A DNA stretch of 64,000 bases, from contig OZ024741.1 of NCBI GenBank assembly GCA_964016885.1, positions 356,810,001 through 356,874,000 of the forward strand, written 5' to 3'. The DNA is from Eledone cirrhosa (lineage: Eukaryota). The notes beneath the pieces are model-generated. The model was not told the DNA's origin and made no database searches. It worked only from the letters and a program-made list of their open reading frames with translations. Shown here piece after piece: positions 22,261-35,340 of the stretch. The translations under genes and the position numbers were made by a program. Every line of letters starts with the position of its first letter. Within the stretch, counting starts at the first letter, position 1.

Positions 22261-24182
22261 CTCAAATAGTAAACCAAGTCATACGGAATGGGGTCGTTCC
22301 GAAGGACTGGCGCAGCAGCATCATCATTAACTGCTACAAGGGTAAAGGTGATGCCCTAGATAGGGGAAACTATAGAGGCATTAAATTAATTGACCAGGTC
22401 ATGAAGGTCACAGAAAAAGTAATAGCGCAACTAATCAGAGAGCGAATTGATCTAGACGAAATGCAGTTCAGGTTTGTGTCAGGTAAAAGTACAACAGACG
22501 CTCTCTTCATTGTACGACAACTATAGGAGAAGTACCTAGCTAAAAGTAAACCCCAATACTTAGCCTTTGTTGACTTGGAGAAAGCCTTTGACAGAGTACC
22601 CTACTCGATTATTTGGCGGGCCCTTAGAAAACTAGGTGTTGATGAATGGCTTGTGAGAGCTATACAAGCCATGTATAAAGAAACAGTCAGCAAGGTTAGA
22701 ATTAACAACGAATATAGTGAAGAGTTTAGCGTAAAAGTTGGTGTTCATCAGGGCTCCGTCCTTAGCCCCCTACTATTTATTATTGCCCTTCAGGCTATAA
22801 CAGAGGAATTCAAGACCGGCTGCCCATGGGAACTCCTATATGCAGATGATCTAACGCTCATAGCTGAATCAATGGCTGAACTAGAGAAGAAATTCCAAAC
22901 ATGGAAGCATGGCCTAGAATCAAAAGGCCTTAAAGTTAACTTGTCTAAGACTAAAGTTCTAGTTTGTAGGAAGGAAAATAGGGCACTGGTCCCATCTGGG
23001 AAATGGCCATGCTCAGTGTGTAGGAAAGGAGTAGGCAGAAACTCCATTTTATGTCCCAAATGCAAAGTATGGGTGCATAAAAGATGTAGTGGGATCACAG
23101 GTAAGCTAACTAAGAACATAGATTTTACATGTGGCCGGTGCTCTGGTGCAATAAGTAGCAGCAAGTGCCCACAGAATACTAGCTCATTCCATTGCACAGA
23201 TGGTTCTATAGAAATAGTGGACAGCTTCCGTTACCTGGGTGACAAAATCAGCAGTGGGGAAGGGTGCTCTGAAAGTACAGTAGCTAGAGTCAGAACGGGA
23301 TGGAAAAAATTCAGAGAGCTTATACCACTATTGGACACTAAAGGGTTCTCTCTAAAAATGAAAGGCAGGCTGTATGATGCCTGCATACGAACAGCAATGT
23401 TACATGGCAGTGAGACCTGGGCATTGTGTGCAGAGGATATACGCAGACTGGAAAGAAACGAAGCTTGCATGCTCCGCTGGATGTGTAATAGTAATATACG
23501 TGAACAGCAAAGCATAAACGAACTAAGGGAGAAATTAGGAATAAGAGGGATCAGATGTTGTTTACTCGAGAGAAGACTACGTTGGTACGGTCACGTGATG
23601 CGCATGAAAGACGACAGCTGTATAAAAAAGTGCAGGGCGATAAAAATAGACGGTAGCCACGGAGTAGGCAGACCCAGAAAAACCTGGGACGAGCTGATAA
23701 ATTCCGACCTCACACACTTACACCTCTCCAAGACAATGTCACTGGACCGAGATCTTTGGCGTTACACAGTTATACAGAAGATCCGCCTTGCCTAAGTACA
23801 AAGCGAAACCTACAGTCAGTAGGCACCTCTAACAAAATACCCCCGTCCCACTACTCCCACCCCATCCATACCACCCCCTTAAATGTGAAGTTATGTTGGT
23901 ACCACAACATCCAGTCCGAAACAAATGAGGTCGTGTAGGTGTCACGACAATAAAACACACAGTCCACGCTGTAATGTGGCCGTGTAGGTAACACGGTAAA
24001 AACCTCCCAGTCCACACTGTAAACGTGGTTGGTGTTAGGAAGGGCATCCAGCCATAGAAAACCCGCCAGACAGTCCTGAGCAAGACAACCAATCTTGCCT
24101 CAAGTGGGACAATTCCCGTCCAGGCCCATGCTAGCGTGGAAAATGGATGTTAAACGATGATGATGATGATGATGATGATGAT
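22261..24182 (+). mobile_element. 5'-truncated RTE-clade LINE (RT, one in-frame stop), (GAT)n tail
   Basis: KGKGDALDRGNYRGIKL...AFVDLEKAFDRV...GVHQGSVLSPLLF...LLYADDL...LHGSETW...RLRWYGHV; single TAG at 22524-22526 with frame maintained to 23795; tail about 24157-24182. Confidence 0.95.
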
Positions 24183-27100
24183 TTGAATTAACAAACCCAT
24201 TTGTAGATATTTTCTGCTAAATCATTATAGAATGCTAAGAGTTCATTTAAACCGGCCATATCCAGCCAGAATTCTCTTACCTCTTTGTGTTCAAACCGGC
24301 TACTCATACTGATGTTACTAAAAAAAATATCAAAATCTAAGATTCAATATTATGTGAGGTAAAGCCTTTACCATGAAAATACAATAATAAATATAGCGTA
24401 ATATAAATGTGAAAGGGTTAAGCAATGAAAAATGGCCCTAAATTGTAACATACAACACATTAAACTTTAAACCAAATAAAGGAAGATAGGGAAAACTAAC
24501 TAGAATCCTTAGTTAAGAAACCTCTTCAATTACTTGTTATTTTGACCTTGCTAGCAACTACTCTAAGTGTGGTTATTTAATAAATGTGAATCTTAATCTA
24601 TTTATATTGTGCACAACTGGTTTATCCACACTGTTTGTTTCCATATTGTACCTTAGCTTTTTTTGCTAATCTTAAATATTATCTCACTGGATTTTCTATT
24701 CATTTTGTCATGCTACAATAAAATTCACCCTAAACTATCTGTAAGTGATAGTGCTGATGCCACAATAAAATGCACCCTCTACAATTTAATTAATAATGGT
24801 AGTACTGGTGCTATGATAAATTCACTTGGTACACTTTTTGAAGTAGTTGGGGTTAGGAAGAGTATCCAGCCAGAGGAACCATACTAAAAATGGAATGTTC
24901 AAGCAAGACAAGATTCTGAAATCCACCTGTAATGACATGCAGGGCTACTGTGAACCTATTCTAACCTGGATACATACAGCAGTGGCTATTTGGGTAATAT
25001 TAGAAATAGCAATATCTGCATTTCAGAATTTGAGTCACAATATCTAAAAACTCTGATACTCAAGAAGAATTAATAAAAGACCTTTTCTACTATAGACCAT
25101 TTATATTTTAGTAAAACTAAGACCACCTTATAAGGTAGTAGTGCTGGTGCCACAAAAAGTATCCAGTCCACCTTTTAAGGTGATAGTGTTGTAGTATGAT
25201 TGACATTATAATGATGATGATAAATTTGAAACATTTTTGATTTTGAATACTTTATAGAACATCATATAATTGCAATCCAGTCCGGGTCCTTCTCACTCCG
25301 GTTGAAGAAACCCTTCCCTGAATGACCTCCACCACTTTTGGTTTGGGTCATGTCTTTATGAGTGTAACCATACTCACCACTCTTAACCAATTGTGAGTTG
25401 GTGAGGCTATTTAACCTCTAGTTGGGATGGATGGCCATTGACTCTGAGGAGTTCATCTGCACTTTAATAGCTCTTGTTTTTTTTTTTGTGCTGCTGTAGT
25501 TCCACTTACTCTCCTCACCAGACCATGGTCTAATGGGAAGTTGGTTTAGTCGCCAACTACACAGTCATGAAGCATATTGTACTGGGTTACATGGTACCAG
25601 TAGCAGGCAGAAACCATCTTAAATGTGGGCAGGATTCTATAATCTGTTATTAGATAATTTGATATTAGATATGAGTTAACTAGATTTACTGAATGCTTTT
25701 TTTTTTTATATGTTGCAGAAACCAAATCACTAGTTATTTTGAATGTAATAAGAAAACTATTTGTTTATAGTTGTGCAGTTATTCTGTGAAGGCAGTCGAT
25801 TAACTGCCCTTAGTTCTGACGTCAGTAGCTGAGACAATAACACTTGGACAATGAGAGCTCGGGAACAATAGACGTGCTATCTCTATCGTGCGATCTCTAT
25901 GCAGTGATCCAAAGGATGACATCACACCATGCAGCAGTATACGACGACTTAAATATATCCCAACCTAGGAGCACTAAAGTATTTGAATATATTCTGTAAT
26001 TGCTCCTATATAAAAAATGTTTTTATAACATAAAATTGAGATATTTTCCTTATTCCTTCTTTCACTATGTGCCAGTAAACAATATCCAATTAGACGGGAT
26101 GGCTGACGACCATCGCCCGCCTAAAGTAGTCACCAAAAATCTTCAACTGATTTTTTTTTTATGTCTTTTTTTTTTTTTTTGCTGTTTACCCATTTGTTAC
26201 TATATTTCTAATGAAAGTTACTGCTTATAATTTTCAAATAATTTAGAAAATAATGATGAATGTGGAAGGGATTTAGTAATATAACTTTGTCATTATTAAG
26301 ATGGTGTTTAGAACATAACTTAGAGGTTCATCATCGTTTTTATGTAGACTTTTCCATACTGGCATGGGTTGGATGGGCCATTTTGAAGCAATGATTTACA
26401 ACTGGATGCCATGACACCAACCCATTTAGTTTCTTCTTACAACATGCAAGGATACAGTGTCCTTATTCTAAACCAGATACACAGGGTTCTTACATTAAAT
26501 TATGATGAATGGGTTTAGATAAAATAAACTATTAAATTCTAATTCTAAAGATATCCTGTTATATAGCAAAAATGAGTTTTCTTATGTTATTCTAACATTT
26601 GTTTTCTTTTCTTACTGCAGACCGGATTTATAATGTACTTCCTTCTTTGTTGGGGATGATTAAAATATCTTATAGCAGTAAAGACTTTATATAAAATATT
26701 CAGTTATAAATTAAGTAGTTTGTTTACATCATTACACATTTTTTAAAAGGTCTTTTACTTCTGCATTAGCACAGATATGATGATTTTGTCCAGTTTTGGA
26801 CAGACTACGATGAAAGTGTTTTATATTAGCTTCTAATTGCTTTCTTTCTTAAATTACATCTTTACAAAGAAGGAATCTACCTAAGTTTGGCTACTTTGAC
26901 TGGCAAGTAGAATAATATACTAAACTTTGTCCAAAGATGGGAATGCAATCACATTAGTACCGACCATTCCTGTCATAAGAGATAAATGATTATTTTTTTT
27001 GTTATATATAAATGATTCAACAGTCAAATATTTTGGTAAGAGTAATTAATTCTGCTAAGTATATAAAGAGTTTGTTTATTGTTTCTCTTCTATTGGAAGT

Positions 27101-29269
27101 CATTAATCCTTTTGATACCAAACTGCCTGAAATTGACCCTGGTTCTAAAAACCTTCCATCAAAATTATATTGTAAGGACCTTTAAGTTATACTTCAAAAA
27201 CTAGTTTAACCTTTTAGCATTTACATTACTCTATATATATTATTTATTCGATTTTGATATTATTTTTTTTGAGAACAGTACCTTAACATCAGTATAGGCA
27301 GCCGGTTATAGCCAATTTGAACAGAAAGAGGCAAGAGAATTCTTACCAGATTCGGCTGGTTTAAATGTATTGGTCATATGTATGATTTGACATCAGATGG
27401 CCTTGGTTGCAACATTTCACTGATATTTCACTCATGTAAAACAACAACCCATCATCATCATCATCATTTTACGTCCACTTTTCCCTGCTAGCAAGGGTGG
27501 GACGGGAACTGATTCTGGCTTGATTTCTACAGCTGGATGCCCTTCCTAACACCAACCTCATTTACAGTGAGTGCTGGGTGGTTTTTGCCGTGGCACCTAC
27601 ACGACCACTTTGCAGTGGAATGATAGGGACCCCAGTCCCTATCATCTCATTTCTACAGCTGAGTAAACTGGAGCAATGTGAAATAAAGTGTCTTGCTCAA
27701 GGAATCAACACATCACCCGGTCTGAGAATTGAACTCACAACCTTTCAATTGCAAGGCCAATGCTCTAACCACTAAGCCATGTGCCTCAATAAGAAACAAT
27801 TTAAGGCCATTTTCCTTGGCAGGAGTTAGCTTTGCAGGCCCCATGACAGGCTTCATACACATAATGAGGTCTTTTTGAAGCAATGTTTTTTAACAGCCTG
27901 ATATTCTTCCTGCTGCCAATCCTTTTAATAGCCTTTTATGACACATTGATATAAAACAGCAAATGAGTCCATTTCAGTTTTCTTAAGTTGAACATTTTAT
28001 TTCCTTTCTCATTCAATTCATTAGGTAGTAAGAAAACTGATCTGAAGTATTTGACCTATATCTAGGTGCATCACATGCATATGTGTGTATATGTAAAACT
28101 AGTGTTGAGTTATTTTCTCCCTTTCTCTCTCATGTGCATACATACTCTGCTGTAGTAAACATTTCAAATGTCATGTATTTTTGTTATATTTATGTCTTAT
28201 TAGTTAGCACTCTTTAGATATGTTTTTAACTTTTGTGTTACTATATTTCTAATAAAAAACACTGCGTATGAATTAATTAATTTTGAAAATAATCTAGAAT
28301 TTGGAGGAATTTAGTGATATAACTTTCTCATTATTAAGCTGGTGTTTGGAACATAACTGAACAAAGAATTATGATAAAAGGTGGTGAATTGGTAGAGTTG
28401 TTAGAATGTTTGATAGAATATTACGCAGCATTCGTTCTTGCTCAATCTCGTCAAAGTCAACTTTGTCTTTTATCGTTTCAAAATCCTTTCAAATCCATAA
28501 AGTACCAGTCCAGTATTAGGGTTGATTCCTTCTCTATATCTCTTTCTCACTTCCTCCCTGTCAATCTTCCATGTTCAGATCTATAGAGGAATTGGCTCCT
28601 GTATGTTTAAAATGCCTAAGAAATGTTGTATGTCATGACATCAGCCCTACAACTCCACCAGAAGTCATGAGTCCATACAAACAGCTTAGTATCATAGAAC
28701 TAGGAGCAGTTTCAAGCAGTTTGGTATTAAAAAGGTTAATGACCATTTTTATATGTTAACATTAGATGAATAATATTTTGCAAGATGGTTTTATATCATG
28801 TGTCTCAATCTAATATTTCCTTATCCTCATAAGGTTTTCACTAAGTCTTTAATTTACTTTTACGTAAAGTATTCTCTTCCACTAAGTTTATGAGTTTGAT
28901 TCCTGGACTGGTTGGCATTTTGTGTTTTTGAGTACTTCTTGTGTACTTTATTTCATGTTGCTCTCTGTGCCAAGAATTGTGACCAACAGATAGTATCAGC
29001 ATTGGAAAGTCCAATGGAAATGTTGCTACCTTGGTCTGATTTGACAACCAGCAGATAATATCAGCAATGGGAAGAACAATGGAAATAGTGTTTCTTAGGT
29101 CTGATCTGGTGATCAGCTCCTTTCTTTTCCTTCAAATAGCATGCCTCATTTTTTTAAATTGCACCTCTATACTGTTGCAATTTTGTTATTCTTTTCATTG
29201 GACTATAGCCATTCAGTTTTTACTTATTGAAAGAATAAGTTTATGTTGGTTGTTATAAAAGAATATTAA

Positions 29270-29490
29270 AGGAATTAAAAGATGTACTACAATTCAGTTA
29301 GACAAATAATCCAACATTACTAATGTGGCTCAAATATAAGATATGGTTTTGTCAATCATTAGATCAACATACAGCAGATCATGATGTTTTGCTCAAAGGG
29401 GGCAATCTTTTTTTTAATCAAGTAGGAATGGAGTAGCTGTTGGTGTGTGTTTCTGATGGAGCAGCAGAAATGATGGAGAAAGTCAGAATT
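29270..29490 (+). pseudogene. hAT (Charlie/ZBED5-like) transposase remnant
   Basis: TIQLDK*SNITNVAQ (cf. LQLDESTD...AQ) and VGVC/SDGAAEM (cf. CTDGA.AM). Confidence 0.6.
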
Positions 29491-29611
29491 TCAAGCATAA
29501 AGCTAATTATAATAATGAAATTATTGTGTAAAGTGCTCAGGTGCACTACAACTCGTCAATATAGTACATAGAATAATACACAAATGTCAGGGAAGTACAT
29601 GTGTGTATGTG

Positions 29612-32374
29612 TTAGCTGTTCTGTTGGCGGATCTCGGGAAGCATGGAGGCCTTAAAGGATGCAGTGTCTCGACAGCTAACAACTGATGCAGGTAGTTTGT
29701 TCCATGCTTCAGCAACTCTGAGCGTGAAAAAATGTTTCCGAAAGTCATGGGAACTGTGCTGTTTTCTTACTTTGTGGGCATGTCCACGTGTGTTAGACAC
29801 ATGGAAATCGAAAAGGTACTCGGGGTTGTTGTTGGCAACATAGTTAACAATTTTGTGGGTGTTTACCAAGTCAGTTGCCAGGCGTCAGAGCTTCAATGAA
29901 TCCATGCCCAGGGAAGCAAGGCGCTCAGAGTATGGTAGATGCCTGATGGAGGGTATTCGCTTGGTTGCACGTCTCTGAACAGTTTCCAGGCGGTCAATGT
30001 CCTGAGCAAGATAGGGGTTCCAGACTGGTGATGCAAATTCTAAGTGTGGTCGCACCATAGCTGTATACAGCCTTAAATAGATATCTGGAGAGCGGCTGAC
30101 AAAGGTCTTGCTGAGTGATGCTAAGACACCCTCGGCCCTCTTGACAATTTTAGAGACGTGCCTCGTCCAACGCAAATCCCTGCTGACCGTAATGCCCAGG
30201 TCACGTTCACAGGAAGACTTCTTGATATTAGTGCTGTGGAGGGAGTATGTGGACGCTGGGTTTTTACTCCCAAAATGCATGGTGGTGCACTTGTCCACAG
30301 CTAGCTTGAGTTGCCAGTCTGAGATCCACTGTTGCATTGTGTCCAGGTCAGACTGCAAGCAAGATCTATAGTGTTCAGGATCTGTCCTTTTTATCTCAAG
30401 GTACAGCTTGATGTCGTCTGCATACTTTAGTACTGTGGCATTCCTTAAGTTGGCATCTATGTCATTAATATATGCCACAAACAAAAGGGGGCCAAGAACA
30501 GATCCCTGTGGTACACCAGATGACATCTCATATGGTGAGGAATGCTGTCCCAGAACTGTGACTACCTCTCTTCGACTGAGAATGAAGGACTTCAACCAGT
30601 TAAAAAGATCATCCTTCACACCCATTGCAGAGAGTTTTGCCATAAGCCTTTTATGTGGCATAGAATTGAAGGCCTTCGCAAAGTCAAGGTAAACAACATC
30701 CACCCATGAGCCGCCATCAGTGATCCGGGTGATGTCCTCAAGAAACTCTATAAGTTGATCACAGCAGCTGGAGTTGGGGATAAATCCAAATTGCAAGGGC
30801 CGGATAAGACTGTGAGAGCTCCAGAAGTTCCAAAGTGTTTCTCTGACACAGGATTCCATCAGTTTGGCGATGCAACTAGTAAGGCTGACTGGACGATAGT
30901 TCACAGGTGATGTGCGGTCACCCTTTTTGAACAGAGGAATGACACTGGCAGTTTTCCACTGTTCTGGAGTAGCACTGTTGTTCAGACAGAATTGGAAGAA
31001 GCGTGATAACTGGTGTAGAAGGAAGTACCCACCACGTTTAAGAAGCAGGTACGTAACACCATCAAGACCAGGAGAGGCATGGTTGCGTTTATTTTTTAGG
31101 TGACGTCGCAGCATTGCAGGTGTAAATTCCATGGTTGTAATAGAGTCCGGTGTCATAGGTGGTGGAGATGGTACACTCTGGTCTTCAATAGTGAAAATGC
31201 CTGCATAGCATTCAGCAATGAGCTCTGCGCATTCCTTGGGGTCGTCAGTAACCTGGCTTGTGTGGGGATTGCGAAGAGGACCAACTGGAGAGTGAGGCCT
31301 TTGCTTTGAGTGAACATACTTCCAGAACACCTTACTGTCAGGGCTGGTTGCTATGCGCTGCTCAAATTGAAGCACTGGCTTTTTTGTCACCTGTTTGAGG
31401 TGGTTGGACGATCTATTTCGCCTCTTCCTATTAATGTCTGATTTGTGAAGTTTGTACTCACGTTCAGCATTGCGCTGTTCTTTTCTGGCAAGACGGACTG
31501 CTGCAGTCTCCCAAATTGCGCTTTTGGGATGTTTTTTCCGCTTACATGGCACCGATGCTGCACATGCTGTCCATATTGAGCTCAGGATGTTCTGGAGTAC
31601 AGTGTTGACATCTCCAGAGTCGTAGAACTCAAGCCAGTTTGGCCGTTGCAACTCGGTGCAGTAACAGTTCCAGTCTGCTTTATTCCAGTCAAAGTGAGCA
31701 GTTTGGAGATGGTTGTGGTTCTTGTTACTGCCCATGAGAGATAGATTGGCAATGATCATAGCATGATCAGAGTCACCTAAAGGTTCCTCAGCAGTAACAC
31801 TAATGACCGTTTCAGGAGTAGTGGTGAAGAGTAGGTCCAAAGTGTTGTCACCTCTCGTTGGGGAGGTGACCACCTGGGACCAACTCGAGTCCAGCACCAA
31901 CTCAAGGAAGTCATTTGCACTTGGCGGCCAACGAAAGGTCTCCCAGTCAATCTCAGGGTGATTGAAGTCACCTGCAATGAAAACATAAGTGGCTGTCTCC
32001 CTGGCAGCAGTTCTGAAGATATCACAAAGTTGAGTGTCCTGATGGTAATTTGGGGGACTGTAAACGACTCCAAGTAGCAGTGTTGACATGGTCATACGTA
32101 TATCGCAGTAAAAAACTTCCTGCTGTGATTGGTTCAAATCAGCACAAGGAATTGCCGACAGATTTGACCGAACGTAGACCATTACACCACCACCACGACG
32201 ATTAATACGGTCTTTATAAAACAGGTTGTAGCCAGTCGTGCTGAAAACCCCATCACAGAGTAAGGGATGTGCCCAAGTTTCCGTGACTGTAATGAAGTCC
32301 GGGTTGATACTTTTGACGTAGGAGTCAAAAAGATGAATCTTATTGCATAGACTACGTGCATTCAAGGACAACAA
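29612..32374 (-). pseudogene. CR1 ORF2 (APE endonuclease + reverse transcriptase) with one nonsense codon
   Basis: LNARSL, ITVTETW, AGDFNHP, SDHAMI, NYRPVSLTS, YLDFAKAF, SGVPQGSVLGPLLF, YADD, RPHLEFASPVWNP, TRGH, FF..RV...WN.LP; track ORFs 29885-32374 and 29612-29869 are in one frame, split by TGA (probably from CGA). Confidence 0.95.
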
Positions 32375-32430
32375 TTTGTACTTTGATTCCAGTCTATGAT
32401 TATGTGCAGGGGATGGCAGGTTGTTCTGAT

Positions 32431-33648
32431 TTAGTTTCCCAGAGTTTTTTCAGTTTCTTTATTGTCAGTTGTTGTGGGTACAGTGTTTTCAGACCAGCTG
32501 GTGTCTCTTTTCCATGATTCGCCAGCCTTAACAAACTTCCATATCTGCCCATCATCTCGTAGGCTGAAGCTTTCATGTTCTGCCGAGCTGCGGTTTAGGG
32601 AAGCTGCAGCACGCAACTTTGGGCGGACATCAGGTGGAAGACCAGGACGTGTTCGGAAAGCAATCCGACTTTCACGCCTAGCTTTATCAGAGGCTACAAG
32701 GTATGAACGTGCCTCAGTTGAGTTTGAAAACGACAGTCTAATTAACCTGGGTTTCGGGCCTGGTCGGCCAAGGCGTAGAGCACCCTTTGCGGGAGCACAG
32801 CCCAGGTCTTTGGATGAACTGGCAGCAAATGCCTGAAGATCAACTATGTCTTCCGGCACATCAATGGCAATCACTTCGTGGTTTGCAGATTCAGTGGCAT
32901 TCTCAATGCGTCTAGGTTCAACATGAGGTACGCGGAGATTTTTTAACAAGGCACTCCGGTAAGATCCCTCATTGTGGGGTTCTACACGAACGCTTGATTT
33001 TATTTCCGCTATTTCTTGACTTAAAGCGGAAATCATTTGCCGTATTTCCTCAAACTCCGTATTGACGGTCGGTTTTTGTTGTTGTTCTTCTCCTTCAACA
33101 GGCATGGTAGAAGACACAGTCGTCGGTTGTTGTTGATGAAGTCCTTCAACGGGGGTAGTAGCAGAAGCTACGGTCGTTGGTTTTTGCTATTGTTCAGGGA
33201 CAATGGTAGAGGAAGACACGATCCTCGGTTTTTGTTGTTGTTGTTCAGGAACAAGGGTAGAAGACACGATCTTCGGTCTTTGTTGTTGTTGTTCCGCAGC
33301 AATGGGAGAAGCAGGCATACAGTCTAGGCACTGAAAGGACCAGTTTGTTAGCTGGACCATCTCCCAGAGTCTATCCATCGTAGCAATATGATGTTTCTTA
33401 TTTTGGCCTGGGATCTTCCGGAAGCCTGTGGCGCATTGAAGGCAGACAGAGATGCGACAGGTTCCACATTCGACCCAACGATTACGGAACGAGTTTTCGG
33501 GTTCCGTACAGATATGGCAGGTGTGATCTTCCGGGCAATGTTCTATTTTGGGACATCGACCAGTTTTGTCGCATACTTCATCGATGGATATCACCATGGC
33601 AATTTTGTTATTTCTACCCATCCGTAGAAAAATACAGAATGTAAACAA
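32431..33648 (-). pseudogene. CR1 ORF1 (PHD-like finger, Q/P repeats, coiled coil, RRM-like region) with one nonsense codon
   Basis: CHIC...WVECGTC...CLQC...FQCLDC; repeated EQQQQKP; ALRLGRPGPKPRLIRLSF; the two track ORFs are in frame, split by TAG at 33187-33189. Confidence 0.85.
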
Positions 33649-34759
33649 TATAGGTTTAGCGCACTTGATTACGATAGAAATAAAATGTCTGTTTTTTTGT
33701 TTTGTTTTTTTGTGTATTCTGTTTCCGTTTTCCTAAATGTTATGTGTGTACAGAAGAGTCTGTGCATGTAAACAAATAAATATGCTGCGTAAGTTAAATG
33801 AAACGTACTGTAGAAGGCAGTTGTTTATTAACAGCGAAATAACGTTTTTTTTTTTGTTTTTTTTTCCCCTGATACTGCTTCTTTATAATAAACTTTCAAT
33901 AATATTTTTTTTTTTTCAAATTATTAACTTTCAGCTGCTAGTATATATATATAATTAAAAGGTGTATGTGGGTTAGAAGCGAAGTCAATGTTAAGAAATA
34001 TTTTACCAATGTAAATTGGTAAAATTGGCCGGTATAGTGTCTCACACGCAATAGTGTGGTTTCTTTTCACGTGTGTGTATATGCATATGGTATATATCTA
34101 TATAAATCTGTGTGTATATTGTTGTTTATATGTTTTGTGGAGTACTTACTGCGATCCTTAAGGGATGTAGTGATTTGTTTTTGTTTTTTTTCTTTTTTCC
34201 CAGTCCATGTCCACACGTGGTTTGTTGGCGAAAATCAAGTCAAATTATATATACTTCGTTAAGATAATTCTATCTTGAAACTGGTACTAGTTGTCAGGGA
34301 ACAGTCAAAGTAATTGTAATAATGAATATTGTAATCCATCTGACATGTGTTTAAAGGGCAGTTTTTGGTGAAAATATTATATTTTGTTTGGTCAAGACAT
34401 GATCAAGCGACCTTCCTTGTCGCCATTTTGGCCCGTTAGCAAGGCATCTACTACCTTCCATCACTGTGATTCCTTGAGTGACATTAGTAGCAAAAAATAA
34501 TTTTTCATAGCTGAGTGCAGCAATATAGTTAGCAGTTAAAATTATCAACTATATTAACTTTTTTGTAACTATATTTCTAATAAAAGATACAGCCTGTAAT
34601 TTTGAAAATAAAAATACAACAGTCCATTTTGCATTGTTTAGCCTTCTATCTTTTTCCACATTAGAGTGTAATCTTTGTAATACAGATACTTTTTAAACAT
34701 AAACAGTACAATATAAATGGCAATAAGGAAATGAAAAAGATAGAGAAAAAAGAAGAAAA

Positions 34760-35340
34760 ATAAATTAATCAATGAAAGAAAGGGACAGTGGAGACAGAGT
34801 GATAGACTGTATTCCCAGTCTAAGTGGTATGTTTCAGCCTTGCCCTGCAGATAGAATGGCGAAGGCATTAGCACAGAGAATGGCCAGCAACAGCCACCCC
34901 TCCTCACTGGGCTTCTTCTGCTGGCAAGCTGTTGTCTTTCTGATTTTACAGAGGAAAACGGAGGAAAAAATGGTCTCCACAGTAACTGGTGCAAAAAGAA
35001 AGTGGTCAATCAAGCTCTGGTATTTGGTTATCTTCTCAGTGCTGGGGTTTGCAACCAAGGCAATGAGGTTGGAGAGTCACAGCACATGGTGTCCCGGATT
35101 AGGGATTTACCTTCCTCGAATGGGAAGAGAGTTATCCCGTCTGGGCGCTTACCATCACCTTTGTCGAGTTCAGCTGATTCCAGTTAGGCATGGAAGCCGG
35201 TTGCATTGAGGCTATTTCTCATTAAGTTGTTCAGGATAGCAGATGCAGAACGAACTCATCAACTCCAAAACAACATTTGTGCTATGGGTCAGATGCCTCC
35301 ATCACTCATCTTTAATACAGTTAGATTGGCTGAGAAGAAA
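34760..35340 (-). pseudogene. CRE-like non-LTR retrotransposon restriction-like endonuclease remnant
   Basis: Minus strand: LESAELDKGDGKRPDGITLFPFEEGKSLIRDTMCCDS ... EKITKYQSLIDHFLFAPVTVET ... AILCANAFAIL. Confidence 0.8.

Larger units (their letters stand above)
29520..34310 (-). mobile_element. Near full-length CR1-group LINE in FBXL5 intron 2 (antisense)
   Basis: ORF1, ORF2 (APE+RT), short 3' UTR ending in an ATT-type tail; candidate TSD TAATT(A/G)TAATAATGAA at 29504-29519 and 34311-34326; 5' boundary approximate. Confidence 0.9.

Noticed and set aside
22790-23515. Minus-strand ORFs over the RTE (likewise plus-strand ORFs in 30108-33736 over the CR1)
   Set aside because: Antisense frames of retroelement ORFs
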